Positions 51,906 through 61,742 of a DNA stretch of 64,000 bases are shown here, piece by piece. This DNA is from an uncultured Blautia sp. (lineage in GTDB: Bacteria; Bacillota; Clostridia; Lachnospirales; Lachnospiraceae). The stretch lies in NCBI GenBank assembly GCA_900547615.1, contig URHH01000001.1, forward strand, positions 2,296-66,295. Reading direction: 5' to 3'. Position 1 is the first letter of the stretch, and every line of letters begins with the position of its first letter. The notes below the pieces were generated by a model. The model worked only from the letters and a program-made list of their open reading frames with translations, was not told where the DNA came from and did not search any database. The position numbers and the translations under genes were made by a program.

Positions 51906-52690
51906 ACTCTGTCCTCCTTCACCCCAAGCGCTTCTGCAAGAAGCTCTGTGAAATAATATACAGGGAGACCGTTTTCTGTTTTATTTAAGTTATAAAGGCA
52001 AAGCGGACAGGCTGTAATCAGCATTTCTGCACCAAAGCCTTCTGCGCTTTCTGTAATTTTCTTGCACATATTCCCTGACATTTCTTTTTCTTTTAAGGAA
52101 ATATATCCTCCGCAGCATTCATTTCTATATGGATAAATCACAGGCTCTCCTCCGATCGCACGGATAAATTCTTCTATGACAGAAGGATTTTCCGGATCAT
52201 CAAAAGCCATAATTTTTCCCGGTCTTAAAAGAAGGCATCCATAATACGCTCCGATTTTTCTTCCCGTAAAAGGATTCACCACTTTTTCTTTTATCTTATC
52301 AAATCCCACACGGTCACGAAGCACTTCCAGATAGTGAAGAACCGTTGTCTCTCCCTTATATGGTTCAGAGAGCTGCATATAATTATTTGCTCTCGTCTGA
52401 ATGTCTTCTACATTTTTCATATCGTCATTGACGCGCTTGATCACATGATGACAGGCAGAACAGAGTGTCACAAGATCCTGTCCTTTTTCCTTTGCATCAT
52501 TCAGGGCGCGGACGGAGGAAAGCTTTGTGGCAATCTCATCTGTTCCAAGAGGATATACTCCTCCGCAGCACTGCCAGTTTTCAATTTCTTCCAGTTCGAA
52601 GCCCAGAGCTTTTGCAGAAGCTCTTGCGTAATCGTCAAGAGCCTTTGCCTTTGTACGGAGTGTACACCCCGGATAATAACTGTACTTCAT
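51902..52690 (-). CDS. hdrB: heterodisulfide reductase subunit B-like protein with two CCG domains
   Basis: 262 aa. C-x31-39-CCG-x35-36-C-x2-C spacing appears twice (YPGCT...QCCGG...CSACHH; YYGC...ECCGG...CPLC). Confidence 0.85.
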   Translation of the reverse strand: MKYSYYPGCTLRTKAKALDDYARASAKALGFELEEIENWQCCGGVYPLGTDEIATKLSSVRALNDAKEKGQDLVTLCSACHHVIKRVNDDMKNVEDIQTRANNYMQLSEPYKGETTVLHYLEVLRDRVGFDKIKEKVVNPFTGRKIGAYYGCLLLRPGKIMAFDDPENPSVIEEFIRAIGGEPVIYPYRNECCGGYISLKEKEMSGNMCKKITESAEGFGAEMLITACPLCLYNLNKTENGLPVYYFTELLAEALGVKEDRV

Positions 52691-52717
52691 AGTTTCTGTT
52701 ATCCTTTCTGTAAAGCC

Positions 52718-53671
52718 TTATACGGTAAGGTCAAGCTGAGAGATCACTGCTTTCAGAGCATCTGCGCTCGCCTTCAGTTTCCCGATTTCTTCCTGATTCA
52801 TACGCATTGGAATTTTACCCTGCACACCATTTGGTCCTACAAGAGTCAGCGTACTTAAAGCCACGTCTTCAATTCCATACTCTCCGTGCATCATCGTGGA
52901 TACAGTTGTGATGGAATCGGAAGCAGAGAGAAGAATGCCGCAGAGCTTGCATACTGCTGTGGAAACTGCATAGAAGGTAGCGCCTTTATTTGCAATGATC
53001 TTACCACCGGATTTCTGAACGTATTCCAGCATTCCCTCTTTATCAAGCTCTTCCACTTCTTTTCCGAGATCCTCCATTGTATGATAAAACTCATCTACAC
53101 TTACACCTGAAATATAAGCGCCTGTCCACGGGATGAAGGAAGTATCTCCATGCTCTCCAAATACATAGGCATGAATGTTTTTCTGTGCCACCTTAAAGTG
53201 TTCAGAAAGCCCGCAGCGCAGTCTTGCAGAATCCAGGATCGTACCGGAACCGATAATCTGGTTTTCCGGAAGACCTGAGATTTTTGTAAATACATAAGTC
53301 ATAATATCTACCGGATTGCTTACCATAATGTAAAGCGCATCTGGAGCTGCTTTTACGATTTCCGGAGTAATACTTTTTAAGATATTTACATTTGTCTGGG
53401 TCAGCTCAATTCTTGACTGTCCCGGTTTCCGCGCAATACCGGAAGTGATAATTACAATGTCGGAATCCTTTGCATCTTCGTATTCTCCTGCCTTGATGGA
53501 AATAGGATTACGGAAGCAGGTTCCCTGAGCAATGTCCATTACTTCGCCTTCTACTTTTTCTTTATTAATATCAATCAGAACGATTTCTGATGCAATGTCT
53601 TCACTTGATAAAGTATACGCGATGGTTGCTCCTACACTTCCTGCTCCGATGATTGTAATTTTGCTGCTCAT
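52718..53671 (-). CDS. L-lactate/malate dehydrogenase family enzyme; Arg at the substrate-specificity position suggests an LDH-like malate dehydrogenase
   Basis: 317 aa. NAD motif KITIIGAGSVGAT. Substrate loop GIARKPGQSRIEL carries Arg where L-LDHs have Gln (GxxQKPGETR). It is the first gene of the operon. Confidence 0.8.
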   Translation of the reverse strand: MSSKITIIGAGSVGATIAYTLSSEDIASEIVLIDINKEKVEGEVMDIAQGTCFRNPISIKAGEYEDAKDSDIVIITSGIARKPGQSRIELTQTNVNILKSITPEIVKAAPDALYIMVSNPVDIMTYVFTKISGLPENQIIGSGTILDSARLRCGLSEHFKVAQKNIHAYVFGEHGDTSFIPWTGAYISGVSVDEFYHTMEDLGKEVEELDKEGMLEYVQKSGGKIIANKGATFYAVSTAVCKLCGILLSASDSITTVSTMMHGEYGIEDVALSTLTLVGPNGVQGKIPMRMNQEEIGKLKASADALKAVISQLDLTV

Positions 53672-53863
53672 AACATTCTCCTCTCACTTTGTCTTTTTTT
53701 TAACAATTTCAGGTAAAAAAAATGGGGAACTGCCACTATTTTTTCTCTTTTCTCAGCATTTCAAATATAAAATAGTTATTTTTTTACGATTTATAGTTAA
53801 GTTCCTCTTTTAATAATATACCACACAAAAGTACAAAGGACAATATCTTTTTATTTTTTTGTT

Positions 53864-53907
53864 AAAAAAAAGTCATATGGGACTTTTCCTCAAAGTTCCA
53901 TATGACT
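53864..53907 (-). terminator. rho-independent terminator of the NlpC/P60 gene
   Basis: Minus strand reads AGTCATATGGaac-loop-gtCCCATATGACT followed by TTTTTTTT. Confidence 0.55.
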
Positions 53908-53941
53908 TTATATAATAATACCAGGATCTTAAATTAATTTT

Positions 53942-55291
53942 TTACACAAGTCTTCTTACAGAAAGAATCGTTCTGTATGTCGCATCATTGCTGATCTTGA
54001 TTCCATCTCTTGAGTTGGAAGCGTGGACAATCTGTCCATTTCCCATGTAAATTGCCACATGACCGCCGTAGCAGATCAGGTCTCCAGGCTGTGCCTCAGA
54101 GTATGGTACTTCATATCCTGCATTCTGCTGCTCATAAGAAGTTCTCGGAATACTTACGCCAAAGTTCGCATATACGCTCTGTGTAAATCCGGAGCAGTCT
54201 GCTCCGTTTGTGAGGCTTGTTCCGCCCCATACATACGGATTACCTACGAACTGTGTTGCATAATCTACAACGGAAGAACCTGAGCCTGAGTAAGACGGAG
54301 TGTCCTGACTCTCATACTCTTCCTGAGATACTGTGTTGTCAGAATCAATCACATTTCCATACTCGTCATATTCTACATCTTCAGAGCTTTCACTCTCTTC
54401 TGTGTATTCTTCCTCAGTGCTCTCTGTATCTTCGATTACATTTCCATCTTCGTCGTACTGAACTTCTTCGTTTTCTGCCTCTTCCTGGGCTGCCTGCTCT
54501 GCCGCCAGTCTTGCAGCCTCTTCTTCTGCTGCTCTTCTTGCAGCTTCTTCTGCTGCGATTCTCTCTGCTTCCAGTCTCTCAATCTCAGCCTGCTGTTCTG
54601 CAATCAGGTTTGCATATTCTGTTGCCTGCTGCTGTGCATATGCAATCTCAGCATCGCAGTTTGCAGAACTTGCTCTTCTTGCATCAATCTCATTCTGAAG
54701 AACAACGGACTGCTCTTCATAGGAAGCTTTCATCTCTTCCAGTTCAGCCTGCTCACTCTCGTATTTTGTCTGAAGTTTTTTTACTTCCTCGATAGTATTT
54801 ACGTATTTTTCAAGACTCTTTCTGTCCTGATCATACATTTTCTGTGTGTACTCTGCTCTTGTGAGAAGGTCTGCCAGATTCTCTGCGTTCATCATCATCT
54901 GGAACCAGGCATCGTCTCCGCCTTTTTCATAAAGGTACTGGATACGTTTCTTCATAGCTTCATACTGTTTATCGCGTGCCTTCTGTGCTTTTCCCAGATC
55001 CTGTTTTGTACGGACAATATCTACTTCTTTTGCAGAAATATCGTTTTTCAGCACATCAATGGAAACCATCACGTCTACAAGGTTTGCATCGAGAGTGGCG
55101 ATTTCACTTTCCAACTGCTGTTTTGCCGCCCAAAGCTCGTCCATACGTGCATATGTAGCGTCTAACTGCTGGCTTGTCCATGCCTGCTCTTCTCTTAATT
55201 CTTCTTCTCTTGATGCGCTTACGCTTACGACCTGAGTTCCACACATTAAAAGCGCCATTGCAAGGCACATAAGTCTTTTCTTCATAATCAT
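53942..55291 (-). CDS. secreted NlpC/P60-family peptidoglycan hydrolase with a long N-terminal coiled-coil and an acidic linker (CwlO/PcsB-like architecture)
   Basis: 449 aa. Signal peptide, ~250 aa heptad-rich region, an E/A-rich low-complexity stretch, and C-terminal NlpC/P60 with DCSGF...H...H. Confidence 0.8.
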   Translation of the reverse strand: MIMKKRLMCLAMALLMCGTQVVSVSASREEELREEQAWTSQQLDATYARMDELWAAKQQLESEIATLDANLVDVMVSIDVLKNDISAKEVDIVRTKQDLGKAQKARDKQYEAMKKRIQYLYEKGGDDAWFQMMMNAENLADLLTRAEYTQKMYDQDRKSLEKYVNTIEEVKKLQTKYESEQAELEEMKASYEEQSVVLQNEIDARRASSANCDAEIAYAQQQATEYANLIAEQQAEIERLEAERIAAEEAARRAAEEEAARLAAEQAAQEEAENEEVQYDEDGNVIEDTESTEEEYTEESESSEDVEYDEYGNVIDSDNTVSQEEYESQDTPSYSGSGSSVVDYATQFVGNPYVWGGTSLTNGADCSGFTQSVYANFGVSIPRTSYEQQNAGYEVPYSEAQPGDLICYGGHVAIYMGNGQIVHASNSRDGIKISNDATYRTILSVRRLV

Positions 55292-55541
55292 TCACCCTCG
55301 TAACTTTTTAATGCTTATATGTAACATTTATGAAATATCTGTTTTAATTCTTCTACATATTAACATACTGTTACGCTGTTTGCAAGGGTTTTTTACAAAA
55401 AAGTTTAAAACTTTGTAACATTTAGAAACCTTTCCGAAACGATTACACAAGGATCCATGAAAGGATTACGAATCTATGACATACAAAAACTCCTGAGACA
55501 AAAGGAAAAGTCTCAGGAGCAATGTACTTATTTTTTCATTT

Positions 55542-57170
55542 TTAAGAGAATAAGTCTGCAAGAATCTGGTCTGCTGTCATATTCTTATATCCCTCCGGAT
55601 CACTAAGAGTATTTGTATTCCATCTAAAATAGTCACCATTTCTAATGTAATGGCCACTAGACATATGATAGTTATACTTACCTACGCCTGGATATTTCGC
55701 CATATACTGTTCTGCAAGCTCAATTGCTCTACTATCATAATTGCCACTTGGTGTCGGTGTACCGGAAATCTGACAGCCTGCATTTGGTGTGGAATGTACG
55801 ACCACAAGACTCTTATCAGCACACTGTCCAAGTACGATCCAGGTATGATTTCCATTATATCCAATATCTCCCGGCTGGAACTTGTAATTTGATGCCGCCA
55901 GGTTCGCCTGTGTGAGAATACTTCCCCAGCCTCTTGAGCGGTAACTCGGTCCAACATCTCCGGAAACAACTGTATATCCGTATCCTTCACCGCTTGTACT
56001 ATGCATTACCTGATAAGCTGCCCAGCCCACAAATCCGGAACAGTCAAGTCCCTTTGCACGGTTTGCTGTACTTAAATCATTCCAGTTATGATAATCGTAA
56101 TCGCTGTCCTGACTGTCATACCACTGTTTCCACATAGGACTTACTCCTTTTCTTGTGGAATCATTCCAACCGCCGCCCCATACGTAAAGAGCCTGTCCTA
56201 CCGGCTGGAGTGCTCCCGCCAGGTAATTCTTAATGGTTCTTGTTCCGCTTGGCTTCTCTGTATTTGGTCCATCCGTTTTCAGCGTTGCAACGCCGTCTTT
56301 ATCAAATACGTAGGTTTTTCCGCTGATCGTCATTTCTGTATTCTCTACACGGATACCGCCATTTTCAGGATTCAGGTAATATTTTGCGCCTGTCTGTTTG
56401 TTTGTTACCCAGCCGGTAACTTTTCTTCCGTCTGTACTCAGGAAATAGTAGGTTTTTCCGTCAATTTCTTTAAATCCATGAACCATAGCGCCATCTCTGT
56501 CTGACTTCAGATCAGAATTAAAATAGCATTTCTTTTCGCTGCTGAATGTTTTCCATCCCCGCGCCATTCGCCCGGAAGGATTAAAATATCTGGTAATATT
56601 TTTTTTCGTATCTTTCAGCATTACGTCCGCTGACATAATACCTGTCTTTGTATTAAAATAATACTTGTCTTCTCCCAGATACAGCCAGCCGGTTCTCATA
56701 ATTCCCGTGTCCGGATTGAAGTAATATTTCTTTCCGTCCAGAGTACACCACTGTGTCGCCATACGTCCGGAGGAAGTGAAGTATCTTCTGTTTCCGTCTC
56801 CATCTTTTCTCCAGCCGGTCGCCATATATAAGCTTTCCGGTGCAGCTTTCTGTAAGTCACCGCTTCCGAAGTAGTAACGGTATCCGTTTATTGTCTGCCA
56901 GCCTTTTTTCTGTTTGCCGGTTTTTGTATCAAAATAATATGTTTTTCCTTTTATCTTCTGTAATCCTTTTGCTTTTGCTCCACTATCCAATATGTAATAT
57001 TGTTTGCCGTCAATTTTCTGCCATCCCTTCTTCGCTGCTGCTTCTACTTGCATCGGCTGGGAAATAGATGTAACTCCTACGGCAGCAACTGCAAGCATAA
57101 GGAGCAATCCAAAAACCTTGAACTTCTTACATATTTTCCGCATAGATACCTTCCTTTTCTCTTTTTGCAC
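55542..57170 (-). CDS. cell-wall-binding-repeat protein with C-terminal NlpC/P60-like cysteine peptidase domain (paralog A)
   Basis: 542 aa. Signal peptide, about ten ~20-aa GW..x.G+.YYF repeats (choline-binding/CW_binding_1 type), then GLDCSGFVGWAAYQ...HTWIVLG. Confidence 0.7.
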   Translation of the reverse strand: MQKEKRKVSMRKICKKFKVFGLLLMLAVAAVGVTSISQPMQVEAAAKKGWQKIDGKQYYILDSGAKAKGLQKIKGKTYYFDTKTGKQKKGWQTINGYRYYFGSGDLQKAAPESLYMATGWRKDGDGNRRYFTSSGRMATQWCTLDGKKYYFNPDTGIMRTGWLYLGEDKYYFNTKTGIMSADVMLKDTKKNITRYFNPSGRMARGWKTFSSEKKCYFNSDLKSDRDGAMVHGFKEIDGKTYYFLSTDGRKVTGWVTNKQTGAKYYLNPENGGIRVENTEMTISGKTYVFDKDGVATLKTDGPNTEKPSGTRTIKNYLAGALQPVGQALYVWGGGWNDSTRKGVSPMWKQWYDSQDSDYDYHNWNDLSTANRAKGLDCSGFVGWAAYQVMHSTSGEGYGYTVVSGDVGPSYRSRGWGSILTQANLAASNYKFQPGDIGYNGNHTWIVLGQCADKSLVVVHSTPNAGCQISGTPTPSGNYDSRAIELAEQYMAKYPGVGKYNYHMSSGHYIRNGDYFRWNTNTLSDPEGYKNMTADQILADLFS

Positions 57171-57291
57171 CCTTTTATATCGGGTGCTATTTTTTACAAT
57201 TTTGTTACAAACCTGTAACTCATTATATACGATAAATAACTTCCCGTCAACAGAGTTTTGATATTTTCAGCGTTTTGCCGATAAAAAGCCC

Positions 57292-57330
57292 GTAAAAAAG
57301 GATGGAAGCTTTTCTCTCCCATCCTTTTTT
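57292..57330. terminator. A6-hairpin-T7 bidirectional terminator between the two paralogs
   Basis: aaggatggaagc-ttttc-tctcccatcctt imperfect 10-bp stem flanked by AAAAAA and TTTTTTT. Confidence 0.5.
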
Positions 57331-57339
57331 TATCCTTAT

Positions 57340-58932
57340 TTAACTGAATAAATCCGCAAGAACCTGATCTGCCGTCATATTCTTATATCCATCCGGATCG
57401 CTGAGGGTATTGCTGTTCCATCTGAAATAATTGCCGTTTACAAAATAGCTTTCAAGTCCTGCACATGTATGGTAATCGTATTTGTAAAATCCATTATATC
57501 TTGACATATACTCTCTGGCAAGAGCAACTGCCTGACTGTCGCCATTTCCGCCCGGTGTTGTTGTACCGGAAATCTGGCAACCTGCATTCGGTGTGGAATG
57601 TACGATCACAAGACTCTTATCAGAGCACTGTCCGAGCACGATCCAGGTATGTCCGGCATTGTATCCCACATCACCGGCTTTTAACGTATAATTGCTTTTC
57701 TTAATATCCGCAACTGACAATGTAGTACCCCAGCCTCTTGACCGGTAGCTCGGACCAACTTCTCCAGAAACGACTGTGTAGCCTTCTCCTTCTCCTGACT
57801 TGCTGTGCATTACCTGATAAGCTGCCCATCCCACAAATCCGGAACAGTCAAATCCTTTTTCTCTCTGATACATGTAGTTTTTATAATTATAACTGCTGTC
57901 CTGACTGTCATACCACTGTTTCCAGAGAGGACTTAACCCTTTTCTTGTGGCATCGTTCCAGCCTCCGCCCCATACATAAAGAGCCTGTCCTACCGGCTGA
58001 AGCGCGCCTGCCAGATAATTCTTAATAGTTCTCTTTCCTGTAGGCTGTGAAATATCCGGACCGACTGTCTTTATAACTGCAGCGCCTTCCTTGTCAAAAA
58101 TATAAACAACGCCGTCTATTTCCATCTCTGTATTCTTTACAAGAACACCGCCATTATCCGGGTTCAGATAATATTTCTTTCCAGTGCTCTTCATGGTAAG
58201 CCAGCCCTCAACCTTGTCTCCTGTCTTACTGTAAAAATAATATGTCTTTCCATCTATATCATGGAAACCGATAGCCATTGCACCGTCTCTGTCTGACTTA
58301 AGATTTGAAATAAAGTAGCACTTTCTGTCGGGGAAGGTTTTCCAGCCCCTTGCCATTCGTCCAGAAGGATTAAAATATCTCACAATATTTTTCTTCGTAT
58401 CCTTCAGCATTACATCTGACGCCATAATACCTGTTTTGGCATTAAAGTAATACTTGTCGTCTCCCAGGTACAGCCAGCCTTTTTTCATGATTCCCGTACT
58501 TTTATCAAAATAATATTTCTTATCTTTCAATGTAAGCCACTGTGTGACCATGCGTCCCTGAGAATTAAAATAGCGTCTGTTGCCATCTCCGTCCTGCCGC
58601 CAGCCTACGGCTGCATTCAGCTCCTGCGGCTTACATGTTTTCAGATTGCCGATTCCAAAATAATAACGATAGCCGTCTATTGTCTTCCATCCCTTTTGCT
58701 GAACGCCTGTCTTTTTATCAAAATAATACACCTTATCATTTAAGACAGTAAGTCCTTTTGCCTTTGAGCCGTTCTGCAAAATATAATACTGTTTCCCATT
58801 GATCTTCTGCCAGCCCTTCTTTGCTGCAGCCTCTACCTGCGTGGGATTTGCCACTGCTGTAACGCCAACTGTTACTGCCGCAAGCATAAGAAGCAGACTC
58901 CAGATTCTCAACTTTTTCAATACTTTTTTCAT
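57340..58932 (-). CDS. cell-wall-binding-repeat protein with C-terminal NlpC/P60-like domain (paralog B, ~75% identical to paralog A)
   Basis: 530 aa, colinear with paralog A and sharing its C-terminus ...DPDGYKNMTADQVLADLFS. The upstream promoter regions are also similar. Confidence 0.7.
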   Translation of the reverse strand: MKKVLKKLRIWSLLLMLAAVTVGVTAVANPTQVEAAAKKGWQKINGKQYYILQNGSKAKGLTVLNDKVYYFDKKTGVQQKGWKTIDGYRYYFGIGNLKTCKPQELNAAVGWRQDGDGNRRYFNSQGRMVTQWLTLKDKKYYFDKSTGIMKKGWLYLGDDKYYFNAKTGIMASDVMLKDTKKNIVRYFNPSGRMARGWKTFPDRKCYFISNLKSDRDGAMAIGFHDIDGKTYYFYSKTGDKVEGWLTMKSTGKKYYLNPDNGGVLVKNTEMEIDGVVYIFDKEGAAVIKTVGPDISQPTGKRTIKNYLAGALQPVGQALYVWGGGWNDATRKGLSPLWKQWYDSQDSSYNYKNYMYQREKGFDCSGFVGWAAYQVMHSKSGEGEGYTVVSGEVGPSYRSRGWGTTLSVADIKKSNYTLKAGDVGYNAGHTWIVLGQCSDKSLVIVHSTPNAGCQISGTTTPGGNGDSQAVALAREYMSRYNGFYKYDYHTCAGLESYFVNGNYFRWNSNTLSDPDGYKNMTADQVLADLFS

Positions 58933-59100
58933 GTTCTCCGTCCCCTTTTACTCTGTTTCCGGTTACCTGATTTCCATAGTATTTTACAATTTTATTACAG
59001 CCTTATAAAGAAGTATAAACCTGTCCGATTTTTCCGTCAACACCTGGGAGCAAGGAACTGAAAGTCTGTGAAATCTCCACAATTTTCCACAAAGAAATTA

Positions 59101-59128
59101 GGACAAAACACACAAAGATGTTTTGTCC
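59101..59128 (-). terminator. candidate terminator of ddh (GGACAAAAC-loop-GTTTTGTCC)
   Basis: 9-bp perfect stem ~60 nt after the ddh stop on the minus strand, followed by a U-rich tract. Confidence 0.4.
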
Positions 59129-59190
59129 CTTTTACACACAAATCCGATATTTAATATTTATCCGGTCTGTTCACAGATAAGTCTCTGAGA

Positions 59191-60177
59191 TTACAGAAGA
59201 TTCTTACGAAGCTCTGCTCCGTCCAAAGCGCTCAAATAAGCTGGCGCTACATCGAATACTGTCTTGCAGCCTTTCTGTCCTTCTTTGTACATGCGGTATG
59301 CTGCACGGGCGTATGCCACGATGACAGAAGAGGTAAACTCCGGATTGGAATCCAGTTTCAGACTGTATTCGATCACATGACTATTTTCATTATCCCAGCC
59401 TGTTTTTCCGCTTCTGATGACAAAACCGCCATGCGGAATCCCGCTGTGATCCCGTTTCAGTTCTTCCTCTGTGATAAAATGAACGGTTGTATCATAATCT
59501 GCAAAATAGTTCGGCATATTTTTGATTTCTTCTTCGATTTTCTTAAGGTCTGCGCCTTCCTCCGGCACAACGAAGCACTCTCTTGTGTGCTTCTGTCTTG
59601 TAGTAAGCTCCGGATTCTCTCCGTTTCTCACGGATTCAAGAGCAGATTCTACAGGAATAGTGTACTGCTTGCCGTCTTTTACGCCTTCCACGCGGCGGAT
59701 TGCATCGGAATGTCCCTGGCTTACGCCTTTTCCCCAGAATGTGTAATCTTTTCCATTTGTAAGGATTGCGTTTGCATACATACGGTTCAGGGAAAACATT
59801 CCCGGATCCCAGCCTACGGAAATAATTCCAACGTGACCGCTCTCCTGTGCTTTTTCATCTACATTTGCAAAATGCTCCGGGATTCTGGCGTGTGTATCAA
59901 AGCTGTCCACCACATTAAACCATTGTGCAAGCTCCGGTGTCTGCTCCGGAAGGTCTGTCGCACTTCCTCCGCAGAGGATCATTACATCTATCTCATCTTT
60001 CATGGAAACCGCCTGATCTGCGGAATAAACTTTTCCGCCTTCTGTAAGGATTTTTACAGTAGCAGGATCGCGGCGTGTAAATACGCCTGCAAGCTCCATA
60101 TCCGGGTTATGTTTGATGGCGCACTCTACGCCCCGTCCCAGATTTCCATATCCAAAAATTCCAACACGAATGCTCAT
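59191..60177 (-). CDS. ddh: meso-diaminopimelate D-dehydrogenase
   Basis: 328 aa. IRVGIFGYGNLGRGVE, GWDPGMFS and WGKGVSQGHSDAIRR are nearly collinear with Corynebacterium Ddh. Confidence 0.9.
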   Translation of the reverse strand: MSIRVGIFGYGNLGRGVECAIKHNPDMELAGVFTRRDPATVKILTEGGKVYSADQAVSMKDEIDVMILCGGSATDLPEQTPELAQWFNVVDSFDTHARIPEHFANVDEKAQESGHVGIISVGWDPGMFSLNRMYANAILTNGKDYTFWGKGVSQGHSDAIRRVEGVKDGKQYTIPVESALESVRNGENPELTTRQKHTRECFVVPEEGADLKKIEEEIKNMPNYFADYDTTVHFITEEELKRDHSGIPHGGFVIRSGKTGWDNENSHVIEYSLKLDSNPEFTSSVIVAYARAAYRMYKEGQKGCKTVFDVAPAYLSALDGAELRKNLL

Positions 60178-60251
60178 ACTTAATTCCTCCTGTCCATTTC
60201 TTTTAACACTTTAACATAGTAATACGTTCAATTAAGATTGTCAATATTTTT

Positions 60252-60899
60252 TTAACAGCATACAAAAGTTCCCGGACAGCAGCAATTACAGGCAGCCTGG
60301 GCAAGGCAGAGGTTCATACAGATATTTCCTGTTCCTCTGGGCATTCCTCCAAACGGACTCTGCTGTTCCTGATACCAGGTTCCGCCTCCCTCCATACGCT
60401 GGAGCACCATTCTGTACTGCATATTGTCAGGTTCCAGGCGCACAGCCTCCCGAATGTGGTTCAGGGCATTTACATTATTTCCCATTCCCATATTTGCCAT
60501 TGCAGACAGGTAGTACCACTGCCCGTTTCTCTGGGAAAGGGAACTTAACACATTCAAAGCTTCCTGATAATGTCCGCTTTGTACGTAATTTGCCGCAGCC
60601 TGTCTTCTCAGCTCCTCCTCATCCTGGTAGGTACTGCTTCTCTGACCTCCGCCGTAGCCTCCGAATCCGCCAAAACCACCGTAGCTGTTTTCTGCAGAAT
60701 CATATCCATACTCGCGTTCCTTCATAATCTGCTCATACGCCTGCTGAACCTGCTTGAATTTTTCTTCCGCCTGATCCTTGTTTGGATTATTGATATTCGC
60801 GTCCGGGTGATATTTCCGGCTGAGACGGCGGTATGCTTTTTTTACTTCATCATCTGTTGCACTTCGAGGTACACCTAACACACTATATGGATCTAACAT
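60252..60899 (-). CDS. J-domain (DnaJ-like) protein with G/F-rich region, TPR-like segment and Cys-cluster C-terminus
   Basis: 215 aa. [31 protein letters not shown] (HPD motif); C-terminal [22 protein letters not shown]. Confidence 0.8.
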   Translation of the reverse strand: MLDPYSVLGVPRSATDDEVKKAYRRLSRKYHPDANINNPNKDQAEEKFKQVQQAYEQIMKEREYGYDSAENSYGGFGGFGGYGGGQRSSTYQDEEELRRQAAANYVQSGHYQEALNVLSSLSQRNGQWYYLSAMANMGMGNNVNALNHIREAVRLEPDNMQYRMVLQRMEGGGTWYQEQQSPFGGMPRGTGNICMNLCLAQAACNCCCPGTFVCC

Positions 60900-61741
60900 T
60901 TCTCTCTTTTCTCCCGTTCTTCCCTTCTTCTTTTACTAATCTCCTCAAATCTGCACCAGACGCCGGAATATAGTATATTTCGGAGAATATCTCCGTATTT
61001 TATAACAGGAAGTTTCTCAAACTCTTTACAGACTTCTGCAAGCATCATGATCAGAATGCTGCGAACTTCCTCCTCAAACCCTTTCAGCATACACTTTTCA
61101 GAAAACGGATTGTAATTTCCATTTTCCGCGTCTTTTTCCACATCATCATAAGCATCAAGAAGGTAGATAAACTTTCCAAGATAAAACCCGATTTTTCGAA
61201 GAGATTTTTCCCACATATCATGTCGTACTGCAAGAATCTCCTCCATAATTTTTCCAAAACAGCCCGCCATTTTATCAAGGTCTTTTTCACCTTCTTTTTC
61301 CCAGGCAGACAAACGCTCCAGATGTTCTGTAATAACCGGAATTTTCTCTTTGTATACTTCTTCCAGATGATTTTCCCTGTTCTGAAGAAGGGCTGCATAT
61401 ATACGGCGAGATACCTTCTTCTCATCATTCCAGTCGTCCATACACTTATAATAGGTAAGAAGAATGTTCATATCAGCTCCATATTCCGTCATTTCATTTT
61501 TTCTTACCTGCTGCTTGTGAACAGGATGAACGGCACATCTCGTTGTACCCTGTTTTGTGGGCGGCTCATAAAGCCCGCTTAAAAGCATGACTACAAAGGT
61601 CATATCATAACTTATGGAAATCTGTCCGGAAACGCCGTACTTTCTTTTCAGCTCACGGCATAAGCCGCAGTAAAAAGAACGATATACGTCAAAATCCTTA
61701 AATTTCATCTCCGGCTTATTTACAATTACATATCCGAACAT
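60893..61741 (-). CDS. hypothetical protein (conserved Firmicutes DUF, MFGYV N-terminus) co-transcribed with the J-domain protein
   Basis: 282 aa. No recognisable catalytic motif. Overlaps the J-domain gene by 7 nt. Confidence 0.45.
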   Translation of the reverse strand: MFGYVIVNKPEMKFKDFDVYRSFYCGLCRELKRKYGVSGQISISYDMTFVVMLLSGLYEPPTKQGTTRCAVHPVHKQQVRKNEMTEYGADMNILLTYYKCMDDWNDEKKVSRRIYAALLQNRENHLEEVYKEKIPVITEHLERLSAWEKEGEKDLDKMAGCFGKIMEEILAVRHDMWEKSLRKIGFYLGKFIYLLDAYDDVEKDAENGNYNPFSEKCMLKGFEEEVRSILIMMLAEVCKEFEKLPVIKYGDILRNILYSGVWCRFEEISKRRREEREKREKC

Positions 61742-61742
61742 C

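Noticed and set aside
59377-60183. 268-aa plus-strand ORF
   Set aside because: It is antisense to ddh, which has a strong, collinear match to a characterised enzyme. No independent support.
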